A stretch of 62,988 bases of DNA, filler included, from Polymyxa betae A26-41 (Eukaryota; Protista; Endomyxa: Phytomyxea): assembly GCA_003693705.1 (NCBI GenBank). It is 9 parts of 9 records of this genome, joined end to end, with 100 filler letters (N's around TTAATTAATTAA, not from the genome) between each part and the next. Parts side by side here need not be neighbours in the genome. Positions count along the whole stretch, not along the records: positions 20,775 to 29,578 come from RBZT01000998.1; positions 29,679 to 36,576 come from RBZT01000029.1; positions 36,677 to 42,323 come from RBZT01000222.1; 6 more parts are not named here. One strand, written 5' to 3'. Numbering within the stretch: the stretch's first letter is position 1; each line of letters starts with the position of its first letter. Under the pieces are notes generated by a model. The model made no database searches. It was not told the DNA's origin and saw nothing but the letters and a program-made list of their open reading frames with translations. A program made the translations under genes and the position numbers. Below, piece by piece: positions 25,298-38,159 of this stretch.

Positions 25298-26289
25298 ATA
25301 TTGTTGAATAACTATTGGAGAGAAAGAGTTAAAGAAGCGACGTTGGAATTGAGTCATAATTACAATGAGAAAGGGGAGATTAATCCACCCTGCGCGCTCT
25401 ACCTAACCAGACCTGCTTAATTCTATTCTCAGCGTGACAATGCATCATGCTATCGCGAAGTTCCTTGAATGTAGGTTCACGAAGTGGTTTCGTTCTGCGA
25501 CCATCACGTTGATAGAACAGCAGGCTTCTTGTCTGGTCTTCATGAGCTGTCGACGCTTCCGAAAGTCCGTGGAGTGCTTCAATAAATTGCGAAGTGAGCC
25601 TGACCTATAACTTCAGTGATTATTGTGTATTTATTATAGAGAGAGAATAGTGTACTATTAAATTAGTAATTTATGGGACCTTAATAAGGTACTGTACTCT
25701 CTCCTTGGAAGAAATGTCATTCAATTCAATTTTCATACAACACCATGGTGATAGTTTCGGGTTAAGACTGTAGGCTGTTTTGAATCATGGTCGCCCACAA
25801 TGTGGCTTTAAAGACTGTAAGGTGTCGTGAACGTCCGACCACAGAATTCGATGGGGCAGCTCGTCATATGGTTCAGATTATCGACAGGTTGTTGTTTCGA
25901 ACTTGTTGCGGATTCCGTGGCGCAATTTGTGTGACGAGATGAAAAACTCGGTGTTTCATATTTTCATCGGCGCAGTATTTTGTATGCGCAGTTCAGGTCT
26001 TTCAGGAGAAACTGCGACCCGCGCTAAGCGGACTGGCGTAAAGTGACGCAACAGCATGAACAATTTGGCCGATGAACTTCAATCTCCGCGATGAAAAATT
26101 TAAAGACTTTATATACAGCAGAGAACTATTTCTACGATGATCAAACAAGCTGTTGGAGCTTACACAGGAGAGTTTGCTACCCGCCTGATTGATGAGCAAA
26201 ACTGCGTGAAGAATTGCGATTTGCCACGACCAGGAAACAGATTCGCAACCTCGAAGTCCGACGATTAGACCTCATTTGCCTTGAAAAGG

Positions 26290-28819
26290 TTGGCCCGGCA
26301 ATTGTCTTGCTGATACTGACATTATCTGATTGCTTGGCTGCATTCAGTTCTTGGGCTGGTAATGTTACCTTCGATGTTACAGACACCAGAGTATCATTGC
26401 TCTGTCAGAAAGAAAAAGTCACATCTCTTTAACATTCGTTATAGGATCCGATTGTTCATCATTCATATTCAAGCCAAAACTGTGGTTTGACTTTAATGTA
26501 GATTTTAATGTATAAAGTAATTATATAACTGTGATGGTACGAAATTGATGTATTATTCAGGATATTGGAACGTTATCAACATCAACATCTTCATTACATC
26601 ATACAGATATGGTTTCGGATTTACCTCGTATTCAGAAAAATACGATTGTGAGGCTTCTTTATCAACTCTCTTATTCTGAAATTCTCTGAGATCCGTAATC
26701 AGAATGAATGCCCTAGTAGTGCTTCACACTATATTGAAGAGACTCTTGTTAATGTTTCTCCTCTCGACTTTCATGTTACAGAGCCTGGAGTATGGTAGCT
26801 GCTCCAAAAAGAGGACACATCTCATTAACATGCAATATAGGAACCAATCATCTATGATTCATATTCAAATCGATATTTCTCGGATCTGAACAGCCTCGTT
26901 GGTTCCTCCTTTCATAATGATCTGTATGATTTTGATGTATGAAATGATTGTTTATCTATGGTATTATGAAACTGATGTGTTATTCAGATATTCACTGATA
27001 TTGGATCGTTATCAACACCAACATCTTTATTACACCATACAGATTTTGTTCCAGATTTACCTTCTTTTAGGGAAACTATCAATGTAATGTTTCCGTATTA
27101 AATCTCATGTCCTGAACATCTCTGAGATATTCATGATCAGAATGATGAACCCGCTGAAACTCTCTCCAAGAAACGTCCTCGTATTGACGAGAAATCATCG
27201 CCAACCGAACTTCTGTATTCCTTCAACCATGATGTGACTGATATCAATGACTATAACAGTCTCTGCAAGTTTCTGGTGAAATTTGAGGAGCCTTTTTCCG
27301 GCTTTATATTGAATGTAGATTAGGGCAAAGAGCCGTGTAATGAGGAACTTCATTTTCTGTCTTCAGATTCCGATGATGATGGTCAATTCTCCAAGGACAA
27401 CTTTCAATTAGTAATGAATGTGAAAGGACATGATCTTGATGTGAGCGAATCCCAACGAATCCGTTATGCTCCGAGCACATTACAAAAACTGATTCTGATT
27501 GCGAATCTGTATTGGAAATTGATCTGGGCCTCCCGGAAATACGAATGGTCTGTAAGCAAAGCTGATAAGAACATACGGAATTGGATGTATCAGGTGCTTC
27601 GTCCTGTATTGAGATGTGTCATGCATTGCTGTGAGAAAGATCTCCGAATGTTTCAGATAGTTTGGGGGAATCCCTTCAGTCATTACCACCACCATGAGAA
27701 ATGCTCCGGACATCAATGTCCATCCAAACTGTTGATTTCATATCAGTCTTTGAATCACGACCAAGATAGTTCTTTCATGTTTATTGACCCTCCTGATCAA
27801 CAAAGTGACAAAAATCACTCAAAACGGATGAAATTTAGTTCACCATCAACGGATTTAGATCTGCTAATATTTAGCGTGCATTCGAAATTTCTGAAATTGT
27901 TGAGAAGATCACAGATTACACTACTCTGTGTGCTTTTCTGGTGAGCTTTCCTCATATTGAATGCGGAATCTCACATTGAATCTGTAATTCAGAAAAAGCA
28001 GCCTGATGGTGCCGAGTACGCGTTTCTTAATGATACAAAAATATCGATCACATCATACGTCAAGAAACGCGCTCCCCAAAACCCGATTATTATGAAAGTT
28101 CTCGATGATCAGCTCATATTGACCGAAACCTCGGAAATCCCAACTTCGAAGACCACGTTACAGAAGTTGATACTGGTGGCCAGTTTATGTCTAAAAATAG
28201 TTCGGGCTAAGATTACCGACCCGAAATTGAACCTGAGACGAGAACGCTGTACTGATTGGCTGAATCGGACATGTTACCCAGTACTTTCATGTGTTACAAT
28301 ATGCTGTCAGAATGATCTTCGGATTTTTCAATCGCGATGGCGGAATCCGTTTCCGCATAGTGAGTTTCGGAAGCTTTGTTCTAGGCACAATGGTAAGAGT
28401 AAACAGTGCGGATTTGAGACTCTCATTATCAGTAACAATAAGAAATACTCACTCAAATCGCAACATCATTGTCTATTGAGATATTCTCTGAAAGGATTTG
28501 AGACGGTATTATTGGGTTCATGTTTCTTTGGTATTTTCTGAATATATCACAGAAGCTCATATTGGAGTGTATTCAGCGAATGAATGATGAACTGAAGAAG
28601 CGAATGTTGAATTCATCAGATGATCTGAGTGAATATCTCCGACATTCTGTAAATCCAATATTATACTGTCTTGAACATCATTGTAATAATGATGTGGAGT
28701 ATTTCTCTCATATATTTGGACATTATATTGATCATTATCAATTTCAAAAGAATTACTGTCCTGGACCTACTGGACAATGTCCTGCTCTATCTGCTGCAAA
28801 TGCTAACAAGTGTGTGTGA
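26290..28819 (+). pseudogene. Cys/His-module family member A3: three modules, duplicated 5' exons
   Basis: Signal-peptide-like PAIVLLILTLSDCLA with no ATG, duplicated ILE/DRYQHQHL block, NLS-like SKKRPR, two LQKLIL...CC..DLR.F..W.NPF modules, then a terminal NYCPGPTGQCP module. Frameshift near 27880. Confidence 0.8.
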
Positions 28820-29578
28820 TCATTAAAGGGTAGTTCAATTTGACTGAATTCTACAAGCTCTTCAAGCTCCATATCTTTCTATGTTCTGTTTACGGAACTA
28901 AATTGCTTCCAAATCTGCCCTGAGTTCAGTGCAAACTCTGTTTGTATCTGCCTCTCAGTGAGCCAACCAATTATCTCGTTAGGGTTTAAGGACCATTGAA
29001 AGTTCAGTGTCTTTCCAGTTTCACACCGAATTTTTCTGTTTCATAGGGATGCCAAGATGGTCGTGGAATCCACTCGATGGAAGCTGATCAATCCGATCCT
29101 GTTTCTGATTTTAAAGTATCGAAGAGGTCACAGCAGGTGGAGACTGTCGATTTACAGCCTTGTTAAACAAGTCAGTTAGTGGATTGTGACTGATATACGA
29201 GAAGTCAAAAGATTGATCAGAATCAGACCTGTTGAGATATTCGGTTTGGGCAAAATCTAGACAACGGAAAGCAAACTGTTTTTAGACTTTGACATCTGTG
29301 TTGATTGGATGGGATTCGTCTACGTAGTTTATTGGTATGAATGGGCGATGCTGTATTCATAGCACAAGGCCTGATGTAAGTCGGCTTATCACCTTGCTCA
29401 ATGTAAAGCAAGAATGTTTGTGACAGAGATTTGGATTCTTTCCTCTTTAAATCAGCAGCATTCAATAGATCATTTGATTATGAATAATTGTATTAAGATT
29501 GTTTGAATGAGATGAGATTGCACGCAATGAACTACTTAAACCAGGGTCCAATTCTTAGATACACAATATTTGGGAAAT

Positions 29579-29678
29579 NNNNNNNNNNNNNNNNNNNNNN
29601 NNNNNNNNNNNNNNNNNNNNNNTTAATTAATTAANNNNNNNNNNNNNNNNNNNNNNNNNNNNNNNNNNNNNNNNNNNN
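29579..29678. other. Artificial contig linker
   Basis: N44-TTAATTAATTAA-N44. Confidence 0.98.
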
Positions 29679-30504
29679 CTTTGTTAAGATATTCTATGGA
29701 AGGATTCGATACGCCTGCTATTTACTCATAAATCTGTTACCGGATGTGTTAGGGTTTGTAGCTAGGGCTTTTCCAGTGGGTATGATGCATGTTGTCCAGT
29801 GCTGAGACATTTCATGCAATAGGTGCGCCATCTCCGGATCGTTCCCGCATTCATCAGCAGAGCGGGTTTTCGGACACCTCGCAATGACGTTGTGATGACC
29901 TCGGCTGGCAGCAGACGACGGGTATATGCGATAACTTCACCATCTCAATCAACATTACCTTCTGGTGTTGCTTCTCATAGTTATAATCCCTGACTATAAA
30001 ACTCTGTTTGTTCAACCAGAGATTGCGAATAAATAAATATTTCAGAGTATATTTATGCTTTGTGGAACTATTCTTCCGAGATAAGATCGAAAACCTGATT
30101 GTTTTCCGAAAATATTTTCTCCAGATAAGAGATTAATTCCTGATTGTTCCATACAAAATCCATACAAAATGTCACATGGTATCCCGAAGATGACGATTGA
30201 GGTTCAGGAATAGCGGAATCTCCATGATCGACTGCAGCAAGCGCTTACCGTAATCTGGAATACTCATGTTGGAAAGGGTTAGGGTTAGGGTTTTAGATCG
30301 ACAACGCTAACCAATCTCAAGCTTTCCCACACTGTCATAAACCCTAACCCTGCCATCACTCCTAACCTATTAAACCTCCTAGGAAAGACAAGCTGTAATC
30401 GATAGATTATTCGACGCAGAATGATCCGTACGGACTTTCCATGGACGGGCCAGGCTGACCTTTGACCAAAAACTCGTCGTCGATTAATCTATTCATGACG
30501 AGAT

Positions 30505-31847
30505 GTGCAGCCGCGACAGATTCCGCTCCTTCTAATCCTACTCGTAACGCTATGCGGCCTCCAATTCCAGTGACGTAACCCCGCGTATCGTTAACCCCGA
30601 GTCATGCTGAATCTCGTCTCGATCAGAGGCCGAGCGAAGTACCCGATGCGTAACCGAAACGTTGCCAAACCGCTCACGTACACCGTCTCCATAGAGGTTA
30701 CCGTTATGTTACCCAGCCGGAAACTTATAACTCTCATACTGAGATCTGCCCTGGTCCCTCTGTTTGCCCTCATAATGTATTTAGAAAGATCGCGGATTGT
30801 CTCGACTGTTTTGTTCGTCCTAATTCTATGTGTTGAATTTATACGAATACGACAGGCCTTTAGAGAATATTCGAGCCAATATTTCATTGACGGTACGTTA
30901 CATGCCAAAGCGTTTTGTGTTACCGTTATGTCTCTGATTCTTCAAACTTCAGTCGTCTTACCAATCACACTCAATATGGTTTGCGACATTATGTTGGGTT
31001 TAAGGGCTTAGGGTTTCGATTGTATAATGAGTGTCTGTCTATAGCAAAAGAGACGACAGCGTCGTTTGCTTACAGTTTCAATGTTCAAGATCTCTACAGT
31101 AACATTATCAAAACGAACCCAGGTGCCCGGGTTTTTCCGGATACTCATATAACAACTGCTATACAACCTATTGAAAGTATCCCGCATAACCAGATCAATT
31201 CACCTCAAGCACTACCAGCTTTACCGCCTGCAGATTTCGTCTTCAAATCTCCTCCGCCATTGAATTTTACCAAATTGAAGACGCCCAAATCTGTTCAGCA
31301 GCCTTCTTCTAACTTCATGATACCGGTAACGTCCGAAGAAACCGCCCAGATAGTTCCACAAACAAACCTTCAAATTCCACAAGACAATCCTGAGCATCTT
31401 CGTGTTTTAGAGACTTCTGCCCTACCGGAACCGATTCTGGCCGTTCCCGTCGTACTGTATCCTACTTCACCATCGCCTGTACTTACCATTCCGCTTCTGT
31501 CTATTACTGGGGACGTTCCGGAAGTGCAGCCAAGGCCGGATTCTGCGGAGCCTCGCCTCCATACTGTCCCGGAGGTGTCAGATGAAGGCGTGAGGTGTCC
31601 CGAGCAGCCGGATCTGAGCTCCAATCCGTATGGCTGTCCGTTGTCGGAATCAGATGAGGTCGTACAGCGTAATCGGCGTTATTTGACATTGACGACTTCC
31701 TTAATATTGGTATTTGTTGCTGTGTGTTTATTATGCGGTCTGTTCCTGTCATTACGACTTCAACAACATTCACATCTTATGCGCATATTACGTGATTCTC
31801 CTTTTAATATCACAATCTATGATGAATATAAACCTGATCCTATTTAA
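30505..31847 (+). pseudogene. Type-I membrane protein, tandem copy 1 (3 exons; GTG at the position of the copy-2 ATG)
   Basis: Signal-peptide-like QPRQIPLLLILLVTLCG, two GT-AG introns, Pro-rich stalk, TM helix LTLTTSLILVFVAVCLLCGLFLSL. Paralogous to copy 2. Confidence 0.7.
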
Positions 31848-32186
31848 ATCTAATATTTACACAACGTTGGAAAATCTTCTGAATAAACAAAATGCTCTGT
31901 AAAGTACTATGGCGATTCCCTACAGCATTCTCGCATCTATAACAGTCATTTGGAAAGGGTTAGGGTTAGGGTTTTGTTTCGCCAGTGCAATCCCATCTCA
32001 ACCTCACCCACACTGTCTAAAGCTGCGAAGCCCATTAAACCCTAACCGTGCTTATCCCTCCTAAGCTATCTACGAAAGACAACACCACTAGCTGCAAATG
32101 ATAGATTATTCCCTGCCCGTCCACGCTGTATTATTCCGTCGGACTTTCCAGGGCGGGGCCAGTCTGACCTACATGACAGGACGTCT

Positions 32187-34147
32187 ATGATGCAGCCCCA
32201 ACTGATTCCGCTCCTTCTAATCCTACTCGTAGCGCTATGCGGCCTCCACTGCCAGTAACGTAACCCCGTGTATCGTTAAACCCAGTCATGCTGAATCTGG
32301 TCTCGATCAGAGCGGAGTATACGATGCGTCACAGAAACCTTGCAATGTCCGTCAAGAGCAGCCTCTCTAGAGTGGCTGCCGTTTTGATACCCGACCGCCT
32401 GAAACATAAAGTTCTCATTCCGAGATATTTCATGACCTCTCTGTATACCCTGGCGGGGTGTATCGAACAAACGCAGATTGCCTCGTCTGCTGAGTTGCTT
32501 TATTTTTTCATCATTGAATTTATACGAATACAACCTGCTCTTGAAGATTTGAAAGTCCAACTTTTCAGTGACGGTACGTTACATGCCAACGCTTTTTATG
32601 TTACTTTCGTATCTCTGTTGCTTAAACTTCACTCGTCTTACAAATCACTCTGCTTTGGGATATTGGTTTGCGACAGTTAGTTCGGTTTTAGGGTTTAGGG
32701 TTTCGATTGTATAATTGACTATCTGTCTATATCAGAGATGGCAGCTTCCGATTTTTTCTGTTACAAAGGCCCGGATTTCTACACCCGCTTTATCGAACTG
32801 AGCCCAGGTACCGGGCTTATTCCGGGTAATCGTTTAACGACTGTGATACCACCTATTGAAAGTATCCCGCATAACCTGATCAATTCTCTGCAAGCCCTAC
32901 CAGATTTACCTTCCGCAGATATCATCTCTGAATCTCCTCCGTTATCGAATGTTTCCGTTTTGGAGATTCCCGAATCTATCAAGCAGCCTTCTTCTAACAA
33001 CATGATACCGAAATCTCCAACCGCCAATAGCCTGAAACATAATGCCCCTGGACTGGTTCATTTCTCCATCGATCTGTGTGCCGTGAAAAAGTTTATGGAA
33101 GCAGCGCGGATTGTTTGGAACGCTGTGCTGCCCCTATTTGTATGTATTAACTTTATGGGACCTGTCTTCACTGATGTTACATGCAACTATCTCACTGCCG
33201 GTACGTTACATGCCAACGCCTTTATGTTACATTCGTATCACTGTTTCTGTGAACTTCACTCGTCTTACATTTTTTTGGTTTGCGACAGTTTGTTAGGTTG
33301 AAGGGTTTAGGGTTTTGACTGTATAACTGACTATCTGTCTATAGTATCAGAGACGGCAGCTATATATGCTGACTTTCTCAAAGATCAGGATTACTACAGC
33401 GGCTATATCGACACGTGCTCATCTACCTGGCGTATTCTGGATAATCATTTAACGGCTGCTATACAACCTATTGAAAGTATGCCGCATAACCAGATCAATT
33501 CTCTGCAAGCACTACCAGCTTTACCTCCCGCAGATTTCGTCTTTGATTCTCCTCCGATTTCGAATATCTCCGAATTGAAAACGCCCGAAACTATTAAGGA
33601 GCCTTTTTCTGACTTCATGATACCGGAAACGTCCGAAACAACCGCCCAGATAGTTGCAGAAACAAACCTTCAAATTCCACACGACAATCCTGAGCATATT
33701 CCTGCTGTAGAGACTTTGGCTTTATCCGAACCGATTCGGGCAGTTCCCGTCGTACTGAACCCTACTTCACCTCCGCCTGTACTTACCATTCCGCTCCTGT
33801 CTATTACTGGGGACAGCCCGGAAGTGCAGCCAAGGCCGGATTCTGCGGAGCCTCGCCTCCATACTGGCCCCGAGCTGACAGATGAAGGCGCGAGATGTCA
33901 CGAGCAGCTCGATCTGAGCTCCAATCCGTATGGCTGTCCGCTGTCGGAATCAGATGAGGTCGTACAGCGTAATCGGCGTTATTTGACAGTGACGACGGCG
34001 TTAATTTTGGTATCTGTTGTTGTGTGTTTATTATGCGGTCTGTTCCTGTCATTACGACTACAACAACATTCACATCTTATGCGCATACTACGTGATTCAC
34101 CTACTAATATAAAGATCTATGATGAATATCAACCTGATCTTGTTTAA
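32187..34147 (+). CDS. Type-I membrane protein, tandem copy 2 (4 exons, internally duplicated ectodomain module)
   Basis: MMQPQLIPLLLILLVALCG, three GT-AG introns that splice in frame, two PIESxPHNxINSLQALP blocks, Pro-rich stalk, C-terminal TM helix and short tail. Confidence 0.8.
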
Positions 34148-34391
34148 ATATAGCATTTACACAATACATATTTATAATTAATCTGCCACATCTTGGTCCT
34201 TGGTCTTTTAACGTTACGTTACCAATTTTTAAATCGATATTTGGCAGTTGACCCAACAATAGGGAGTCATTATGTTTGTCACCTCTCTGTTCGTTTGAAA
34301 GTTGTAGAGAGGAGAGAAAAGACGAGAAGGAAGTGAGATCTTCATACAGATAAAATATCTGTTATACGGTATTATGCTACGAATATGTGAC

Positions 34392-34519
34392 AGAGGGTCA
34401 CACTTTAATGTTTCTGCCAATGGAGATCGGGTTGCGCTCTAACGCCAATCTCTTTGAGAAGAGGGTCACACTTTAATGTTTCTGCCAATGGAGATCGGGC
34501 TGCGCTCTACCACCAATCA
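34392..34519. repeat. Tandem duplication, about 2 x 68 bp
   Basis: AGAGGGTCACACTTTAATGTTTCTGCCAATGGAGATCGGG begins at 34392 and 34460. Confidence 0.9.
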
Positions 34520-34708
34520 CTTGAAACACTTTTGGCACTGTCGACAGTTGTCCTTTCTCTATGGATCCCAACATTGACTGATCTCTCTCTCCAACTCGTT
34601 CCATACAAATTGGCTTCACTTCATTAAAGTCCGAATGAACATCTCTCCCTTGAATCACACAAAACGCTTCTTAATATTGCTAAGCCATAAGGACATTGGT
34701 TGTGCGAT

Positions 34709-36234
34709 TCATTCTTTCGCTAAATCATTAATATGGGTTGAATCGATTGCAATATTCAAGTCCGGGAGCGGGGATTGAGCCAGGACGGCCGGGCATCGGT
34801 CCGCTATTCCTGAGCAGTAGTTCTCTCGGAATCGTGCCGTATCGATAATCGGGCCGAATATCTCTTCAAAGTACTGGATGTCGTTTTGACAATGTTCATG
34901 AAGACAAACGATGATCGGATTGACTATCTCACGCAAATAAGCGAGAAAATCCTCCGAATATTCTTCAATCTTGCACGAATTCTTGATCATTCTGTCCAAA
35001 AACATGATGCATTTGATGGCCGTTTTCTGAGAGAAAAAAAATCACGGAAAAAATCCACTTCAAACAAATTGAAAAAAAATATTCTCACAGATTCGAAATT
35101 TGCAATTTGATACAAAATCCACTTCAAACAAATTTACAAAAAAAAATCTCACAGATTCGAATCCGACGATTTGTTACTAAAAATCATTTCAAACAAATTG
35201 AAATAAAATCTCACAGATTCGAATCCGGCGATTTGATACTTAAACAGGAACGTGCCGGAATTCGGGTTCGTTCGAATCAGGATCGTGTCGTGCAGGGATC
35301 GGGCCTGGGCCAGGACGACCTCGAACCCGCATCGTGACTCATCGAGACGGTGTCCGGGGCATTGTCGAATCATTCGCGTATGGAAGAACGGGTTCCCCTA
35401 GCGGGCCACGAACACGCGCAGGTCGTACCGGCAACATCGAGTGAGACAGGAGAAGACCGGATTACAAATGTGATTGATCCAGTATCGGAGAGGGTTTGTA
35501 GGGTTCGGAGATGTCATCGGCGCATCGATGAGCTTGAGGAAAATATTGCCGAACAGAATGAGTTTGTCGAGCGTGTTGGTTGCTGTTTGCAGCCGAAGAG
35601 GTTCGTCCACGATGACGTGCTGGCCCTCGGAATCTTGAATAGTGAAGGACTTTGAAGGATATCGGGAATTATGACGAAAATTTTTTATGGTTTCTGCAGA
35701 AAGGACAGATTGATGTTCGTCCGCATCGGGCGGCTTTCTCTGTAGCGAAAAATTAACTTGATAAATGTTTTGTGAAAAAATTTCACCTGAAAAAGGCACA
35801 GGTCGTTGTAGTCGTTGATGGATTTCATATCGAAGTTTAACTGGTCAAGAAGACGACGACAATAATGCTCATAAACGGAACGAGGCGGACGACGGCGCCG
35901 TTCTGCAGGCCAGAAATGGCTTCGCTCTTGGAATCTGTTCGAACCGTGATTGATTTGGTCACGATCAATAATCTGTGCAACATTAAAAAAAATTAAAAAC
36001 CAGTTTAAAAAAGAAATATTTTGAGACCTGGGTCTGTTTTGAAGCGATATCAGTTGGTTGCAAGTTTGCGTGAGGAATCGGCGGACGTGAAGAGGCCGTC
36101 GAAGCGAGATCCGGATGCGATCGTGGTAAGGACGGCGCCGCAGGAAATTGTGGTTGATTGGTGTCATGATGAGGTGTGGAGATCGGGTACGACTCCGCTG
36201 TGAATACAACCAGCAATGCGATCGTTAAGAACAT
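34709..36234 (-). pseudogene. Cys/His-module family member A4: signal peptide, 4 exons, one in-frame TAG at a conserved Trp
   Basis: MFLTIALLVVFTAES, ERRRRPPR, TLDKLILFGNIFLK...CNPVFSCLTRCCRYDLRVFVAR*GNPFFH..CPGH, then PIIVCLHEHCQNDIQYFEEIFG..NYCSGIADRCP. Intron positions match A1-A3. Confidence 0.85.
35045..35232. repeat. Three imperfect ~62-65-bp tandem repeats in the last intron of A4
   Basis: Repeated TTCAAACAAATT...TCTCACAGATTCGAA. Confidence 0.85.
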
Positions 36235-36576
36235 TGCGATCTTGAAACTGAAATCCGAAATTCAGAAAGTGCGCACAGACACAAGTCTGATTTATCCGCA
36301 CTTTTGTACAAATTTGTACAGTGCGGGCAGTCTTAAACCGACAACTTGTCTCAATTTTATTTTGGAAAAAGAGGCCGCGCCAGAGGCCGCGCTACATCAA
36401 TCACTCCGAATTATAGTTCATCCAGTATTTTTTCAGGGATTCTGCGGTGTGAGCGGTACTTCTTTACGGCATATTCAACCTGCGCCGGTGTCAGTCGAAC
36501 ATCTCCTTCTTTCAAACGATAGGCGTCAATGTAGCGCTCTGATTTGCGAGCATACCGGCGGATGCTCGCTATGGAC

Positions 36577-36676
36577 NNNNNNNNNNNNNNNNNNNNNNNN
36601 NNNNNNNNNNNNNNNNNNNNTTAATTAATTAANNNNNNNNNNNNNNNNNNNNNNNNNNNNNNNNNNNNNNNNNNNN
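36577..36676. other. Artificial contig linker
   Basis: N44-TTAATTAATTAA-N44. Confidence 0.98.
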
Positions 36677-37074
36677 ATTTTAAGAATCGTCGATTTTCCT
36701 GATTCTTACGGGAGAATCGATTCTCACGGGATGGAGCGGATCCTCCAATCGCGATACGCTACTAAATTGACACACACGAATTACAGCTCGTTATCAACTC
36801 TGATTTATTCCAGCTCGAATCCCAGGACCCAAATCCAGCTCGGTCCGTACGGATGCCGTACGGACCTCTCGGGGGTCGAGCCTATTAATATTAAGGTACG
36901 TCGTCATACTTCCATCAGGTTCGCATCTTTGTTATGCATCAGATTTATGCGTCCGTCATCAGGAGCCATTGCGTGCGCAGTTCGTCAAACTGCGTACGCT
37001 GTTTTTTTGGGAATTCAGAATTTTATATTATTATTTTAATAAATCTGATACAGGACTCGCGACCAATCAAAGCG

Positions 37075-38156
37075 GATTCATGGTGCAGCTGAAGGACGGA
37101 AGGATCGTGGTCTCAAGGGACGTGAAGAACTTCAACGAGAACGTGCAGCAGCAAGATGATGACAAGAGCTCTGATGAACAAGAATCGATTATCTGGCGGA
37201 AAGTTAATCGTCGTCGACGAAGTGATCAAGAATTGAATGAAGAAGAATTCGAAGAAACCGAAAATGAAAACCAAGACGCCGAAAATAGTGATGACGAGAA
37301 CAGCAACAATCAAGATAACGATCATAAACAATTCGGCGACTTTCCTTACCGGGAATGTATCGGATCCCTGATGTATATTGCGGTCTCAACACGGCCTGAT
37401 ATTTCTTTCGCGGTCAACAAATGCGCCCGCATGTACACTCCCCGAGCAGCCAAGACATCATCGTGGCGAAGAGAATTCTACGCTACCTGCAGAATACAAG
37501 AAATTTTGGAATAAGATTCAAGAGCGAGCAAGATCCTGTTCTTGAGGCTTACGTGGATGCAGATTGGGCGAACGACGCCAAAGACAGAAAATCCACCTCC
37601 GGTTACGTCGTGTTCCTGAATGGTCCGATATGCTGGTCGTCAAGAAAGCAGAAGGTGGTCGCTTTGTCTTCAACCGAAGTTGAATACGTCGCCCTGACCG
37701 AGGTCTGCAAGGAGCTGAGTGCCTGTCGACGAGTCATCAGCGAGGCCGGCGTCCTGACACTTCCCGGGCCCACGATTATCCACGAAGACAACCAAAGCGC
37801 CATCGCGCTATCTGAGAGCGAGACGACGACGCGCCGATCCAAGCACATAGACGTCAAATACCACTACATTCGAGAAGAAGTGAAGAAGGGTGCCGTCACT
37901 GTGCAATATATCCCCAGTGCGGAAAACAGCGCGGACATTTTCACAAAGGCATTGGCGCAGCCCGCCTTCTGCCGTCATGCCAGAAACCTGATTACGGCGG
38001 CTAAGATCAAGGAGGGTGTTGACGCAACTGATGATGATCCCGCCGCCTGTACTCGTACCATTGAGCCAGAGGCGTGCGTCAACAAATTGAATCAATAGTG
38101 ACTGTATCGACAATAGTAATAACAAATGCGATCGTTTCTCTTCAAGAACAACTCCA
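37075..38156 (+). mobile_element. Internally deleted Ty1/Copia element: end of RT, RNase H, PPT and probable 3' LTR at 38017-38156
   Basis: PYRECIGSLMYIAVSTRPDI, YVDADWA..DRKSTSG, SSTEVEY, EDNQSAI, RSKHIDVKYH, ADIFTKAL. Purine tract AAGGAGGG is followed by TGTTG...AACTCCA. Confidence 0.9.
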
Positions 38157-38159
38157 AAA

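Noticed and set aside
35045-35232. Short repeats with intervening sequence resembling a CRISPR array (also 43757-43900 and 54380-54455)
   Set aside because: Eukaryotic context, degenerate tandem units without unique spacers, no cas genes; explained as intron, minisatellite or TIR subrepeats.
35398-35400. In-frame TAG at a conserved Trp, suggesting stop-codon reassignment or readthrough
   Set aside because: Single instance. TAG ends other genes normally (5356-5358, 7820-7822) and the paralogs have TGG, so a nonsense mutation is simpler.
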